Positions 33,679-46,296 of a stretch of DNA of 64,000 bases are shown in pieces. The notes below the pieces were generated by a model, which did not search any database, had not been told where the DNA came from, and was given only the letters and a program-made list of their open reading frames with translations. Made by a program: the position numbers and the translations under genes. Source of the DNA: Prorocentrum cordatum (lineage: Eukaryota); the NCBI GenBank assembly GCA_963575745.1, contig CAUYUJ010000325.1, positions 372,001 to 436,000 of the forward strand. Direction: 5' to 3'. Every line of letters starts with the position of its first letter. The stretch's first letter is position 1.

Positions 33679-34439
33679 AGCGAGGACTGCATGGCATGGC
33701 CTGCCTGGCCAATGATTAAGCATGCAATGCATGACCGGCGCCCAGCCATAGCGGCGGGCGGCCGGCCCCCCTTGTCAATGACTCCCCGCCCTGACTCACT
33801 GCAAAAAAAATGCAGCGCATGGGTGCGACGGGGGAAGCAGGGGGGGGTGGGGCCCGGCTCGGGGGCGAGGAGGGGGGAGAGGGATGGGGGGGGGCCCGGC
33901 GACCCCCGCCCCGCACCGCCCCGCCCCCGCCCCCCATGGGCCAGAAGAGAGGGGCACTTTCACGATTCGACTCCGTTTTGAAAGTGCCACCCCGCCCACC
34001 CAAAGTGCCCCGGGGCGCCGCCCCCCCCCCCCCCGCCCCGCCCCGCCCCGCCCCGCCCCGCCCAGCCGAGCACTCGGGCCGTGAGAGACCGCGCGGAGGT
34101 CCCCCAATGGGGGGGCCCGGGGAGCCCCCAAGAGGGGAGAGGGCCGTCAAGGGGCCGCCAACCGGGAAAATCTGCGTGAGAGAGGGGGGGCCGGAGAGGG
34201 AGAGAGGGCCGTCGGTGTCGCCGCCGAAGTGCCCGCAGCCTCGTTGCGGGTAGCTCTTCTCTCCTGGCCCCTGGCCCGGCCTGTCTGCCGGCGATTGCTT
34301 CCCTCTCCTTCCTCCTCTCCCCCCCTTTTCTCTTGCTCCCTGTCTTCCAGCGCCCTCTCTGCCGCTTCGAAGGGGGGCCCGCCTGCGCGCGCGCTCCCGA
34401 GAGGGGGGCCCCCCAACCCCCATGGGGGGAGAGAAGAGA

Positions 34440-36098
34440 ACCCTTCTCCTGCCCCCCCCCCCCCCCCCCCCCCGCACACGCGCTTTTACGCGGCCAACTC
34501 CGCCTCGCCGCAAATGGGGGGGGGAGAGGAGGAGAAGGAGGAGGAGGAGGAGCAGCAGGGATGGGGAGCAAGAGGAAAGAAGTGGAGGAAGAGGGGGAGG
34601 AGGGAAGGAAGGGGGGGGGACAAAGGAGGGGGATGAGGTGGAGGAGGGGGAAGGGAGGGGGAGGAGGAGGGGGAGCAACGTTTGTCAACGCGAGCGATGC
34701 GGACACCGCCCACCAATCCCCGCGCCTACACTCGGCAGACTCGCATTGAAAGCCCCGGAGGAGGACGAGAAGGGGGAGAACGAAGGCGAGGAGAAGGGCG
34801 AGGGCGACGACGGGGGCGAGGATGAAAACGAACAGGAGGACGATGGCGAGGAGGAAGATGAGGGCGACGACGGGGCTAGAGCAGGAGTGGGAAGAGGATG
34901 GCGAGAAGGAGAAGGACCAGGAGGGGCGGAGAGAAGGGGGGGGAAGGAGAGGAGGAGGAGGCGGGGGGGAGGAGGAGGAGGAGGCGGAGGAGGAGATTGC
35001 GGAAGGGGAGCGGCAGGGGGGGGGGGGAGGAGGAGGAGGAAAGGAAAACGCGGATCATGGGGGCAGGAGAATCAGGATAGGAAGAGGAGGAGGAGGGCGA
35101 GGAGGAGGAGAAGGCGGAGAGGGAGGAGAGGAGGCGCGGCGAGAGAGGAGGAGGAGGAGGAGGACGGGACGAAGAGGAGGAGGGATGCGGATGGCGATGT
35201 CGGGGTGGAAGGGGTCAAGGGCGTGGGGAACGGGGCAGGAGGACGAGGAGGAGGAGGAGGAGGACGAGGAGGAGGGAGAGGAGTGGAAGAGGAGGAGGAG
35301 GAGGAGGAGGAGAAGGAGGAGGAGGAGGATGGGGGAAGAGGGGAGGAGGGGGAGAGGAGGTGGATGTGGAACCAGAATCAGAAGTACGATGTGAGAGGAA
35401 GAGGAGGATGAAGGGGAAGAAGAGGGGGGGGAGGAGCAGGAGGAGGAGGGGGAGGAGGTGGGGGCACGGGAGGGGGAGGAGGAGGGGAATGAGCAGGCGC
35501 GCGAGGAACAGGAGGTGGAGCACGAGGAGGAGGCACCGCAGGAGCAGGAGGAGGGCGGGGGCATGGGGGTGAGGCAGAGGCGGATGAGGAGGACGAGGAG
35601 GGCGAGGAGGCCCGACGGTTTTTTTTCTCTCTGAAGGCGGTGAGGGATGGGGGAGGAGAAGGGGATGGGGGAGGAGACGGGCGAGGAGCAACAATCGTTC
35701 GCAAAAATTATCGCTGCAACCGCGTGGGCCCCGGCACGCGTTTGCCCTTGCCTGCGCCCGGCAGACTCGTCTTGAAAAGCGCGCGGAGGAGGAGGGGGAG
35801 GACGAGGAGGTGCAGGAGGAGCAGGAGGAGCAGGAGGAGGTGGAAGACGGCGAGGAGAAGGAAGAGGAGGAGGAGGAGGAGGAGGAGGAGGAGGAGGAAG
35901 TGCGCGCAGTGGAGAAGCAGGCCCCCTCACGACGCGGCTTCCGCTGCCCTTGGGGCGCCGCCCTCTGGGCCCTCGGCGCCGCCAGCCTTCTTCCGCATGG
36001 CCGCCCGCAAAGCCTTCTTGCGCACGCTGACCATGAGCTCCACGCCATCGACGCTGACCACTTTCGGGCAGTTGCAACGGATGGGACGCGCTGGAGGA

Positions 36099-36129
<31 letters not shown>

Positions 36130-37015
36130 GCAGGGGGGGGGGGGGAGAAGCAGATGGCGGGAGAGGATGAGGATGAGGAGGAGGAGGAAAGAGGGAGTAG
36201 GAGAGGACGGAATATGAGGATGGGAGGGACAGGGTAGGACGCGGAGGAGGAGGAGGAGGAGGAGGAAGACGAGGAGGGTGGGGGGACAACGAGCAGCAGC
36301 AGCAGAAGGTGGAGGAGGTAGATGGCGAGCAGCGGCAGGCCTAGCCGGCGCAGGAGCAGGACGACCAGGAGCAGGGGGAGCACGCAGCAGGGACGAGAAG
36401 GAGGAGGGGGAAACGGAGGGGAAGGAGGGAGGCGAGGGGAGAGGGGGATTATCCCACGCGGCAGAACAGGAGAATGATGATGGACGATGATGATGACGCT
36501 GATGGGACGATGAGGAGGAGGAGGAGGAGGAGGAGGAGGGAGGAGGAGGCAGGAGGAGGAGGGGAAGGAAGATGGTGAAGGCCGTTGCTGTACCGCCGCC
36601 GTCGCCGCACTGCCTCGGCGGATTGTCCTTACCCCTCGGTTCCTTGTTCCCACCCCAGGGTCCAGCTCAAGGACGGTGTGCGCGCTCCGTCTTCCCCCCC
36701 ATCGTCAGTTCGTCCGTCGCCTCTCGTCATCCGCCAGCCTCCTCTCGCCCCCCGCCGCCCCCCTCCCCCTGTCCCTCCTACCCGCGCTGTCCACGCCTCC
36801 TCCTCCTCCTCTCTCCTCCCTCACTCCTCCCCCCCCCGCTCCAACTCTCCTCCAACTCCTCCAGGTCTTTCCCTCCCTCCCCTCCTGTTCCTCCTCCCCT
36901 CACTGCAACTACCCTCCGCCTCCCCACCTCCATCCAAATCATCAGCACTCCTCCTCCTCCTCCTCCTCCTCCTCCTCCTCCTCCTCCTCCTCCTCCTCAT
37001 ATCTCTCCTCCTCCT
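34440..37015. repeat. Low-complexity (GGA)n/(CCT)n purine-pyrimidine tracts
   Basis: Direct reading. Confidence 0.85.
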
Positions 37016-37016
37016 C

Positions 37017-37472
37017 GCGCACTGGCGCCCACGCCTGGAAATGCCCCTCGCTCCTCTTGGGGACGACCCAGGACGACGGCACGGTCTGCTCGGAGCCGCG
37101 ATTGCCCCCCCTCTTCCCGCACGCCACGCTGCGGGCTGGTAGACTCATAGTGTCCTTCTGGAAGATCTGCTGCACCCACTCGCTCATCCAACCGTTCCGA
37201 GGGACTGTCTTCTTGTTCACCGACCGACTCGCCACTGTGCCGTATTCCGGGTCTGCTCGAGAGTCGTGCACGTCGTCGCGACGTAGGTTGCAGATCAAGT
37301 CCACCCTCTCGAGGAGCATGAGGCCCAGGGCGAACGCCGCGGCGTGCGGCATGCCGGCCACCAGGGCCAACGCGCCGAACACGACCGGGAACTCGTCCTG
37401 CGTCAGCGCAACGGCTGCGCCGCGAGCGCCGCCGCCGCTGCGCGTCGCGGCGGTGCGCGCATGGGGTTCCAT
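37017..37472 (-). pseudogene. Truncated 5' portion of the tyrosine recombinase gene
   Basis: MEPHAR...LLERVDLICNLRRDDV...NKKTVPR...FQAWAPVRE, then runs into (GAG)n. It lacks the +1 frameshift of the left copy. Confidence 0.7.
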
Positions 37473-38794
37473 GGCCCCGGCCCGAGGAACTGGCCCGACG
37501 GGCAGACCTTGAGACGAAACGGCGGCGGGGAGGCGGACATGAGGGGGAGTGATTTATCTAGTGGCCTTCGGCCCACCCCGCCACCGCGCCCGGGTTGTAG
37601 GTCGGGGGCCCGGGGCCTCTGGGAGGGCTCGTGGGGATCTCTTGGGGGCCCCGTGTGAGTCTCCCGGGGCCTCCTTGGGGGCCTCTTGGGCGCCCCTGGG
37701 GGCCTCCTGGGGGGCATGCCCCAAGGGGGAAAAAGGGAGGGGAGGAAGCAACAAAACCAAACAATGCGTAGCTTCTCCTATTTATCGGCACTTAGAGACG
37801 ACCGGGATGGAGAAAAAGGAGGGAGGGCTTCGTGGAACGCACTTGGTATAGCCGGGCTTCTACGGAAACCTCCATGCCTGGCTTTACGTGGCGGCCAGGA
37901 GGCAACAGGAGGCAACCGGCCTCGTGGGGCTCTTGGGGCCATCTCGGAGCGGAACGCTCGAAATGCCCGTTCGGGGTTCCCCCTCTTGGGGCCGTCTTGG
38001 GGGCCTCTTGGGCCGTGTTGGCGCCTTCTCTTAGGGGTCTCTTGGGCTAATTATTCTGGGGGCCTCTTGGGGGCCTCTTGGGCGATTTTGGGGCGTCGGG
38101 GAGCCGAAAGGGCGAGAACTCCCAAATCTGTCAAAACTAGTGAAATCTGCGAATCTTGCCTCTTGGGACCCTCTTGGGATTGCTCTCGGAGGCCTCTAGG
38201 GGCGTCTGGGAGGCGTCTTGGGCCGTCTGGAGGCCATATTCGGCGTCTTGGAACGATGTTTCGGCGACTCGGGGCCCTCTTGGGCCGTCTTGGGGGCTTC
38301 TTGAGGCCCTGGACTCGTTGCGGGGCCCTCCCAACTCCGAAAAAGGGAACACTTGCCGGGGCCTGGGAAAGGGAAAGCCACGGGATGGCCCAAGAAATTT
38401 AAGAATCTGGGGCCCGGGCCCCTGAACACTCCATCATTAGGACTGACTGAGGACTACAAGGGACCTGAGGACACTACAACTCGTGCCTCGCGGCACGGTG
38501 GCGGATGTGGAGCAGGAGAAAGAGCGGGAGCAGCAGCAACAGCAACAGGAGCAACACCAGGAGCAGGACCACGAGCAGGACCACGAGTAGCACGAGCAGG
38601 GGCACGAGAGGAGGAACGAGGAGGAGGAGAAAGAGGAGAGAACAGGAACAGTGAGAAAGGAAGAGGAGGAGGAGGAGGAGGAGGAGGAGGAGGAGGAGGA
38701 GGGGGAGGAGGGGGAGGGGAAGGGGGAGGGGAGGGGGAGGAGGAAGAGCATGACGAGGAGAAACAAAGACAATGACGATGATGACGATGATGAT

Positions 38795-38827
<33 letters not shown>

Positions 38828-38842
38828 AACGATGACGATGAC

Positions 38843-38873
<31 letters not shown>

Positions 38874-38990
38874 GTGACGATGCTGATGGTGATGATGGTG
38901 ATGATGGTGATGATGGTGATGACGACGATGATGATGATGATGATGATGATGACAAATATGGTGATGATGATGATTATGATGATGATGAGA

Positions 38991-39021
<31 letters not shown>

Positions 39022-39052
39022 GGAGGAGGAGGAGGAGGAGGAGGAGGAGGAC

Positions 39053-39093
<41 letters not shown>

Positions 39094-40290
39094 CGACGAC
39101 GATGAGGAGGAGGAGGAGGAGGAGGAGGAGGAGGAGGAGGAGGAGGAGTACGACGACGACGACAAAGACGACAATGACGACGACGACGACGAGGACGACG
39201 ACGGGAAGGAGGGGGACAAGGAGGAACAGGCAGGGAATGGGAGAGGGAAATATGGGGGAGGGAATGGAGGGGAGGGGGCTGAGGGAGGGAAAATGGGAGG
39301 GAGCGAGAACGGAGGGAGGGGAGGAGAGCGCGCTCCAGGCGTTCGCGTGCCTGGACGCCGCAAACCGTCCGACCGGGAGGGGAGGGGGGGAGGAGGAGGC
39401 GGGAAGGGAAGGGGAGGAGGAGGAGGAGGCGGAGGAAGAGGAGGAGGAGGCGAGGGGGACGGAGGAGGAGGGAGGAGAGGACGGAGGAGGAGGAGGAGGA
39501 GGAGGAAGAAAAGGGAGGAGGGGAGGAGGAGGAGGAGGAGGAGGAGGAGGAGAAGGAGGAGAGGGGACTGGGGAGGCGGACGAGGAGGAGGAGCAGAAGC
39601 AACAGCAGCAGGAGCAGCAAGAGCAGCAGCAGGAGCATCAAGAGCAGCAGGAGCAGCAGAAGCAGGAGGAACAGCAGGAACAGCAGCGACAACGGCATCG
39701 GCGGCGGCAACGCCGGGAGGGGGGGCGGCGGCAGCGACAACCCCCTTCCCCTCCCTCCCTCCTTCCCGCCCTCCCTCCCTGCCCCCTCCCTCCATCCTTC
39801 TATTCCTTCCTGTCACCCGCCCATCCCCTCCCTCCCTCCTTCCCTCATCCCCCCCTCGTTCGCCCTGGCCCCCGCATCGATCCGCTTAGCGTCGGCGAGG
39901 GGGTGGACAGCCCTCCCCCTAGCGGGGGCGAGGGAGCGGACGGCCCCTCTCTTGTTCCCTCCGCCCGGCGACGCCGGCTGACGGGGCGAATTCGTTCGAA
40001 CACGAAGTGAGAACTCCTTCGTGCAAGCACGGTTTGGGGAATATGCAAGGATGTGAAAATATGACGTTGGCACCAATTGTTGTGATTTACGTATGATGCG
40101 TGCACGGTTCTCTATATAAGGAAGACAAGAAGTGTGCGTGTACTTCATTGAGCACTATACATCAATGCCGATATGTGATCATTCGTATCATCGTCCTCGT
40201 TATCCTCCTCCGCCTGATGAGCGGTGCGAACGAGACCATCGCATACCAAAACCCGATTGTCTTGAAACCCGAATAGAGGGAACAACCGTT
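37017..40290 (-). repeat. Right arm of the inverted repeat
   Basis: Mirror of 28569-32338, with point differences and microsatellite length changes. Confidence 0.92.
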
Positions 40291-40742
40291 CCAAGCAGGG
40301 GGCCGCAGCCCGGGTCCCGGCCCCGGCCGTGGCCCCAGCCTCGGCACCGGCCCCAGCTCTGGCCCTGGCCCTGGCCCCAGCCGCGGCCCCAGCCCAAGCC
40401 CCAATAGAGCCAAAGAGGCTCTCAAGAGAGCCCCAAAAAAGGCTCCCGAACGTCAGCGTCGTCGTCGTCGCCGCTGCCGCCGCCGCCGTCGTCGCCGTCC
40501 CCCTTCAGGGTCGACGGCACCGGCCGCGAGGCATTCTCAATAATGAGCGCGATGCCCAGCAGCGGCAAAGTGTGTCCAAAACCGACAGCGGCGGGTTGGG
40601 ACTGCGAAACTTCGCCTCAAGCTGACAACGTCCATGGCAACACCGACAGCGAATCCTGCTGAAGTGGCAGGAACTGCTTTCGGATTTCGTCTACACTCTT
40701 TTCGTACCTGTCTCAGTCCTGCAGAACCTGGGGTCAGAGGCA

Positions 40743-40958
40743 GGATCAGTCAGCATCGAATCGGAAATCAGATCGGATCGGAATGTGTGTCGGATCGGGC
40801 TGCATCGAGACGGGGTCAAAATCAAATCGGATCGCCTGCACCAAGACCTTCAGCATCGCCGTGTAAGCCTCGGACAGCATCTCATCGTGGGTACATCGAA
40901 ATCGAATCGGATCGGGGAGGTGATCGAATGGGAATCGACTCGTCAATGATGATGATAT

Positions 40959-40990
<32 letters not shown>

Positions 40991-41775
40991 CTGAAGATGA
41001 TGATACTGATGATGATGATGCTGATGATGATGGTCGTGGTGGTGATGATGAGGATGAGGCTGAGGCTTATGATGAGGATGAGGATGAGGATGAGGATGGG
41101 GATGATGATGCTGATGATGATGCTGATGATGGTGATTGTGATGATGATGCTGACGATGATTGTGATGGTGATGATGACGATGATGATGACTGTGAATGCT
41201 GATACTGACTATTACGATGATGATGAAGATGAAATTGAAGATTCATATGATGTGTTGATGATGATGATGATGCTTGTTGTGCCGATGATGATGGTGATGA
41301 GGATGACGATGATGATGGTGATTATGATGACGACGATGGTGATGGTGATGGTGATGGTGATGGTGATGGTGATGGTGATGGTGATGGTGATGGTGATGGT
41401 GATGGTAGCGAGAAGTGACGGATGATGAACGAGGTATGACAAAGTATGAATGATGAATGGTGGTTGATCGATGTTGACGGAGATCTGACGAATAACTGTG
41501 ATGATGATGATGCGGATGTTGATGATTACGCTGATGATGATGATGATGATGATAATGATGATGATGATGATGCTGATTGCTATGATGATGCTGATGATCA
41601 GGGTGATGGTGGTGGTGGTGATGGCGATGGGAATGGTGATCGTAATGGTTATGGCCTGGTGATGGTAATGATGATGGTGATGATGATGGTGATGGTGATG
41701 ATGCTGAAGATAATGATGGTGCATGATGATGGTGGTGGTGATGATGAGTGCGACGACGAGGAGGATGATGATGGC
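40743..41775. repeat. (ATCGG/ATCGA)n followed by (GAT/GGT)n microsatellite
   Basis: Direct reading. Confidence 0.9.
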
Positions 41776-42687
41776 GACTGGTGCTGTGCTGCTGCGCTGT
41801 CTCTTGCCCGTATCGAATCGCATCGAAATGGGCCCAAATGGACCCTGGCCGGAGGCGGAAGCGAGGGAAGGGCATCGGCACCGGCAAGCTCTTCCTCCCC
41901 CCGAGCGCGCGGGGCCGAGGCCGAGGCCAGCGGGGGCGCACACCGCGCGGCGGAAGACGCGCTGGGAGCGCTCGAGCAGCACCTGGAAAGGGCGCTGGCT
42001 GCGCACCGACACCGGCCCTTCGAGAAACAACAGATGGCATGCGGCGGGTTCGTATCGTGGCGACTTGCGCTGTGGTTTCAATGCGGGGATCGCTCAACCA
42101 TGAACGATCGATAATTTCCGAAACGTCGGGTCGTTCAACGATGGTCGGGGGCTGCCAGCGGCGTTCAACGTTGAACGCTGGGCCGCTGGGCGGCGGGGTC
42201 GCCGCTGGTCGGCACGGCGCGGACCTGCCGTAAACATGAACATTCGTGGGTCCGCTCGGGCTTCTTGGATCGGCGACGGAGCCCCTGGCGCGCTCCGCGC
42301 GCCAGGGATGGGGGTCCATCGCCGATGCAGGAAATTGTGTGGAACTCCGGATGATCTTGTTTGTCTATTTCCTGCTCCCCGAATGTGGACACAAGTCTCC
42401 GACGGCATGTTTTTTCAATCTGGGCGTCTTTCCTTTCATGTCGGCCTCTGGGGCCGTCATCGGGCGTCGAAACCAGTGGATCTGGGATGCCAAACTGTCC
42501 CCAGGGAATGGGTCGAGAGGTCTCTGGAGCCTCGGATCCAATTATCCCGGCAAAGCAACCTAACAGCGATGTGTATAAGCATATCTGGAAGCATTCCCCT
42601 TAAGATTCAGGTGAGAATCCAGTTGTAGAATTCTTCGGTTCTCGCAGTCGCAGTCGCATTCGCAATGACAGTCGCAGTGGCAACGGC

Positions 42688-42965
42688 CTTAGGATCCAAT
42701 GAAATCCTAAGGATTCCTCGGGATTCCTAAGGCATCCTTAGGCATCCTTAGGAATCCATTTAGGAAACCTTAGGAATCCTTAGGAATCCTGATTCCCAGG
42801 GATTCCTACGGATTCCTAAGGATTCCTGAGGAATCCCAAGGATTCCTAAGGATTCCTGAGGATTCCTGAGGATGCTTAACTATGCCTACGGATTCCTAAG
42901 GATGCCTACGGATTCCTAAGGATTCCTAGGGATTCCTAAGGATTCCTATGGATTCCTACGGATGC
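42688..42965. repeat. 10-bp GGATTCCTAA repeat with an internal inverted block
   Basis: GGATTCCTAA units flank reverse-complement TTAGGAATCC units at about 42735-42790. Confidence 0.85.
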
Positions 42966-43830
42966 CTCAGCCTGCCTCAGTTTCAGCCTCAGCCTCAGCC
43001 TGCCTCGGCTTGCCTCAGCCTCAGCCTCAGCCTGCCTCGGCCTCAGCCTCAGCCTGCCTCAGCCTCAGCCTCAGCCTGCCTCGGCCTCAGCCTGCGTCAG
43101 CCTCAGCCTCAGCCTGCCTCAGCTCAGCCTCAGCCTCAGCCTCAGCCTCAGCCTCAGCCTCAGCCTGCCTCGGCTTGCCTCAGCCTCAGCCTCAGCCTGC
43201 CTCGGCCTCAGCCTGCCTCGGCCTCAGCCTGCCTCAGCCTCCCCTCCTCCCCCCCCCTTCCCCCCCCCATTCAGCCTCACCTTGTCTCAGCTTCGGCCTG
43301 CCTCGGCCTCATCCTCAGCCTCAGCCTCAGTCTCAGCCTCAGCCTGTCTCGGCCTGAGCCTGCCTCGGCCTCGGCCTCAGCCTGCCTCAGCCTCAGCCTC
43401 AGCCTGTCTCAGCCTCAGCCTGCCTCAGCCTCAGCCTCAGCCTCAGCCTGCCTCGGCTTGCCTCGGCCTGCCTCAGCCTGCCTCAGCCTCAGCCTCAGCC
43501 TCAGCCTCAGCCTGCCTCAGCCTCAGCCTGCCTCAGCCTCAGCCTGCTTCAGCCTCAGCCTGCCTCAGCCTCAGCTCAGCCCTCAGCCTCAGCCTCTCAG
43601 CCTCAGCCTGCATCAGCCTCAGCCTCAGCCTCCTCAGCCTCAGCCTCAGCCTGCTCAGCCTCATCAGCCTGCCCCAGCCTCAGCCTCAGCCTCAGCCTCA
43701 GCCTCAGCCTGCCTCAGCCTGCCTCAGCCTCAGCCTCAGCCTGCCTCGCCTCAGCCTGCCTCGGCGTGCCTCAGCCTCAGCCTCAGCCTGCCTCGGCCTC
43801 AGCCTGCCTCGGCCTCAGCCTGCCTCAGCT
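42965..43830. repeat. (CCTCAG)n / CCTCAGCCTG satellite
   Basis: Direct reading. Confidence 0.95.
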
Positions 43831-43831
43831 C

Positions 43832-44128
43832 GGGCATTCAAAATATGGCACAGGACTGGTGTTCTGGGAACACGAAGATCACGAAGTTGCCCACAGCTGG
43901 CTCTGGGCAATCAGAATATGGTATAGGAATGGTGTTCTGGGAGCACGAAGGTCACGAAGTGGCCCACAGCTGGCTCCGGGCAATCAAACTATGTTACAGG
44001 AATGGTGTTCTGGGAACACGAAGAACACGAAGTGGCCTACAGTTGGCTCCGGGCATTCAAAATGTGGCCTGGGAATGGTGTTCTGGTGGCTCCGGGCAGT
44101 CAAAATGTGGCTCCTGGCAGTCAAAATG
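43832..44128. repeat. Diverged 73-bp tandem repeat, about 3.5 copies
   Basis: GGGCA(T/A)TCA units start at 43832, 43905, 43978 and 44051. Confidence 0.85.
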
Positions 44129-45032
44129 GGGAGTCCCCGGGTTCCCCGGCTTCTCCCGGCACCCGCCCAGACCCCCCTGGGGAGTCAAGATGCTCTCTTT
44201 TGAGACCACTAGAAATTATCAGTCTTCGCTGTTAAATAAAAAATCACATCAGCGGCTGCGACGAAAAGCCAGCCCTGCGCAAAAGGGCGGACTGCTGGGG
44301 AGCCCGCGTAAAAACACGACATAGGACCCAGGGATCCCGACGATCCTGATCCCAGGATCGGTTCGATTATCTTCGGGACGCGCGCTGGCGCCAACGCGCG
44401 CTTGTCCACAAAGCCTTCCGATGCGACGCATGCTGTGCAATGAAGGCCGACGCGGGCTGCGTGCCTAGAGGACACCCAAAGGGGTTAAGAAAAAATGGGG
44501 TCCAAGGATCGCGCCGAATTCAATATGCATCGCCGATGCATTGGCGACGCATCGGCGACGTCGGCGATGCATCGGCGACGCGGGGGTGGAGAAAACCAGG
44601 CTCCACATCGCGTCGCATCGGCGATGCGGCGCGATCCGCCGACTCTGTCTACTCGGACCCCACGTGGGGAGGCCTGGAGTGCTATCGGCGGACCTGAACG
44701 GGGTGAACACAGATGGGGCCAACAATTTCTGATCGGCGGCGCCTTGGATCCAATTTGCGGTTGTGGCTACGACAGGGCTGCTGCGGAGCGAATTAAGCAC
44801 AAAGGCGGCGAGGAAGGCCGGGAGGGAAAGGGGGGAGGACCGTGGACGGCTGAAAGCCCCCAGACGTTCCCCAGGACCGGTTTTTCATCCGGAGCCGTTC
44901 TTTGACAGTTCGGGGCTCTCGCGAGGGCCCCCAGAGGCCGAAGACAACGAAAAGCCTCCGTGCCGAATATTTCCATACGCTAGAAGTCTGAGGACGTCGT
45001 CGACGTCTTCGTCCTTGTCGTCGACGTCGTCC

Positions 45033-45054
45033 TCCGTAGCCATTTTGGCTCAAG
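45033..45054 (+). other. Dinoflagellate spliced-leader copy, 22/22
   Basis: TCCGTAGCCATTTTGGCTCAAG read directly. Confidence 0.97.
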
Positions 45055-45090
45055 CTGGCTCGAACCCCCAGGCGGGCGGCGCGGGCACGA

Positions 45091-46296
45091 TTGCTGCGGG
45101 AGGCGCCACTGGAGGGCGCCAAGCGGCGGCGACGAGGAGGGAGAGAAGGGCCTGGGCCAGGCGGCGCGGTGGTTGAGGGCGAGGGCCTCGCGGACCGTTT
45201 GTCGGCCTGCGTGCCCGCGCTCGCTGCCATGCTGGAAGGGCGCAGATCGACGGCGATGCAGAGGCTGCGGCGCAACGTCGCGCTGCACGCGGCTCGGGTG
45301 CCGCGGCGGCTGGGCCAGGCCCCAGCGGCCGCCCTGCGGGAGGCTGCCAAGGGGCCCAGGCTCGGGGCTGGCGTGGATGCAGGCCGCGGAGGCGATGACG
45401 TGGAGTCGGGCGAGCAGGACTTCGAGATGGAGGTATGCGTGGCGCAACTGGGGGCCGCGGCGTGCAAGGACCGCTGGCGGTCGGCAGTGCCGCGGGAGGC
45501 GCCGAGCCCTGGCGCCGATGTGCAGGCGATGCTGGACTGGCTGGCGGTGGATGGAGCCACCACGGAGAAGAAGCAGACAAGGAGGTGCAGGTATTCGGCC
45601 AGCTCGACCTCGAGAGTGGAAACTGAGGGGCACGTGCTCTGGGCGCTCGCGCCGGGGCTGTGGCTGGAGCCGGACACGCACCCGCAAGCCGTGGCCTTCG
45701 CTGACGGCCTGGAGGCGGGCTGGAGGCTGGCGGAGCGCAGCGCCGTGGCGGGCGCGGAAGAGAACGCGGACACCTCGGACGATGGGGCGAACGACGACGA
45801 GGACGAGCGGCAGGTCAAGGCGGGGATCGACGTCGGGGCGGCGACGGAGTTGGATGGCTTCGGCAAGACGGAGGACTCGGAGGACGAGCTGGTAGGCGTG
45901 AAGGACGTCGAGACGATCGTCGTAGACGCGGACGTCGGCGGTGAGTTCGGCGGGAGCGCCTCGGGCGACCTTGGCGCTGCGGGGGGCTGCGGGCTCAGTG
46001 GCGGCGACGTGCACGGCAACGGCGGGCTCGACGTGAGCCTCCTGGGCGAGCTCGGCGCCACGGCGGGGAGCGAGCGCGGGAGCGACTTCAATGACAAGAA
46101 CGACAGCGACGTAGAGTCGGAGGAGAGCGAGATCCGCTTCGCGGGGGTCCAAGTGGAGAAGAGCGTGGCCGTGCCGCGGACGCTGCACGAGGATCCGCTG
46201 GCAGTGGCTGACAGGCTCATCGCGGAGCACCAGGCGCGCGTGGAGGCGAAGGCGGCCAGCCGATTGGCAAGCATGGGGCGGTGGCGGTTCGCCTAG
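45091..46296 (+). CDS. B-family protein (GLADRL..PALAAMLEG..LRRNVALHA..EMEVCVA) with acidic C-terminal half; start uncertain
   Basis: 401-aa open frame whose motifs align with B1 and B2. The first in-frame ATG (45229) lies inside the conserved block. Confidence 0.6.
   Translation: MLREAPLEGAKRRRRGGREGPGPGGAVVEGEGLADRLSACVPALAAMLEGRRSTAMQRLRRNVALHAARVPRRLGQAPAAALREAAKGPRLGAGVDAGRGGDDVESGEQDFEMEVCVAQLGAAACKDRWRSAVPREAPSPGADVQAMLDWLAVDGATTEKKQTRRCRYSASSTSRVETEGHVLWALAPGLWLEPDTHPQAVAFADGLEAGWRLAERSAVAGAEENADTSDDGANDDEDERQVKAGIDVGAATELDGFGKTEDSEDELVGVKDVETIVVDADVGGEFGGSASGDLGAAGGCGLSGGDVHGNGGLDVSLLGELGATAGSERGSDFNDKNDSDVESEESEIRFAGVQVEKSVAVPRTLHEDPLAVADRLIAEHQARVEAKAASRLASMGRWRFA

Noticed and set aside
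35927..36090. Coding-like island PIRCNCPKVVSVDGVELMVSVRKK on the minus strand
   Set aside because: Could be an isolated exon, but it is too short to identify or link to a gene.
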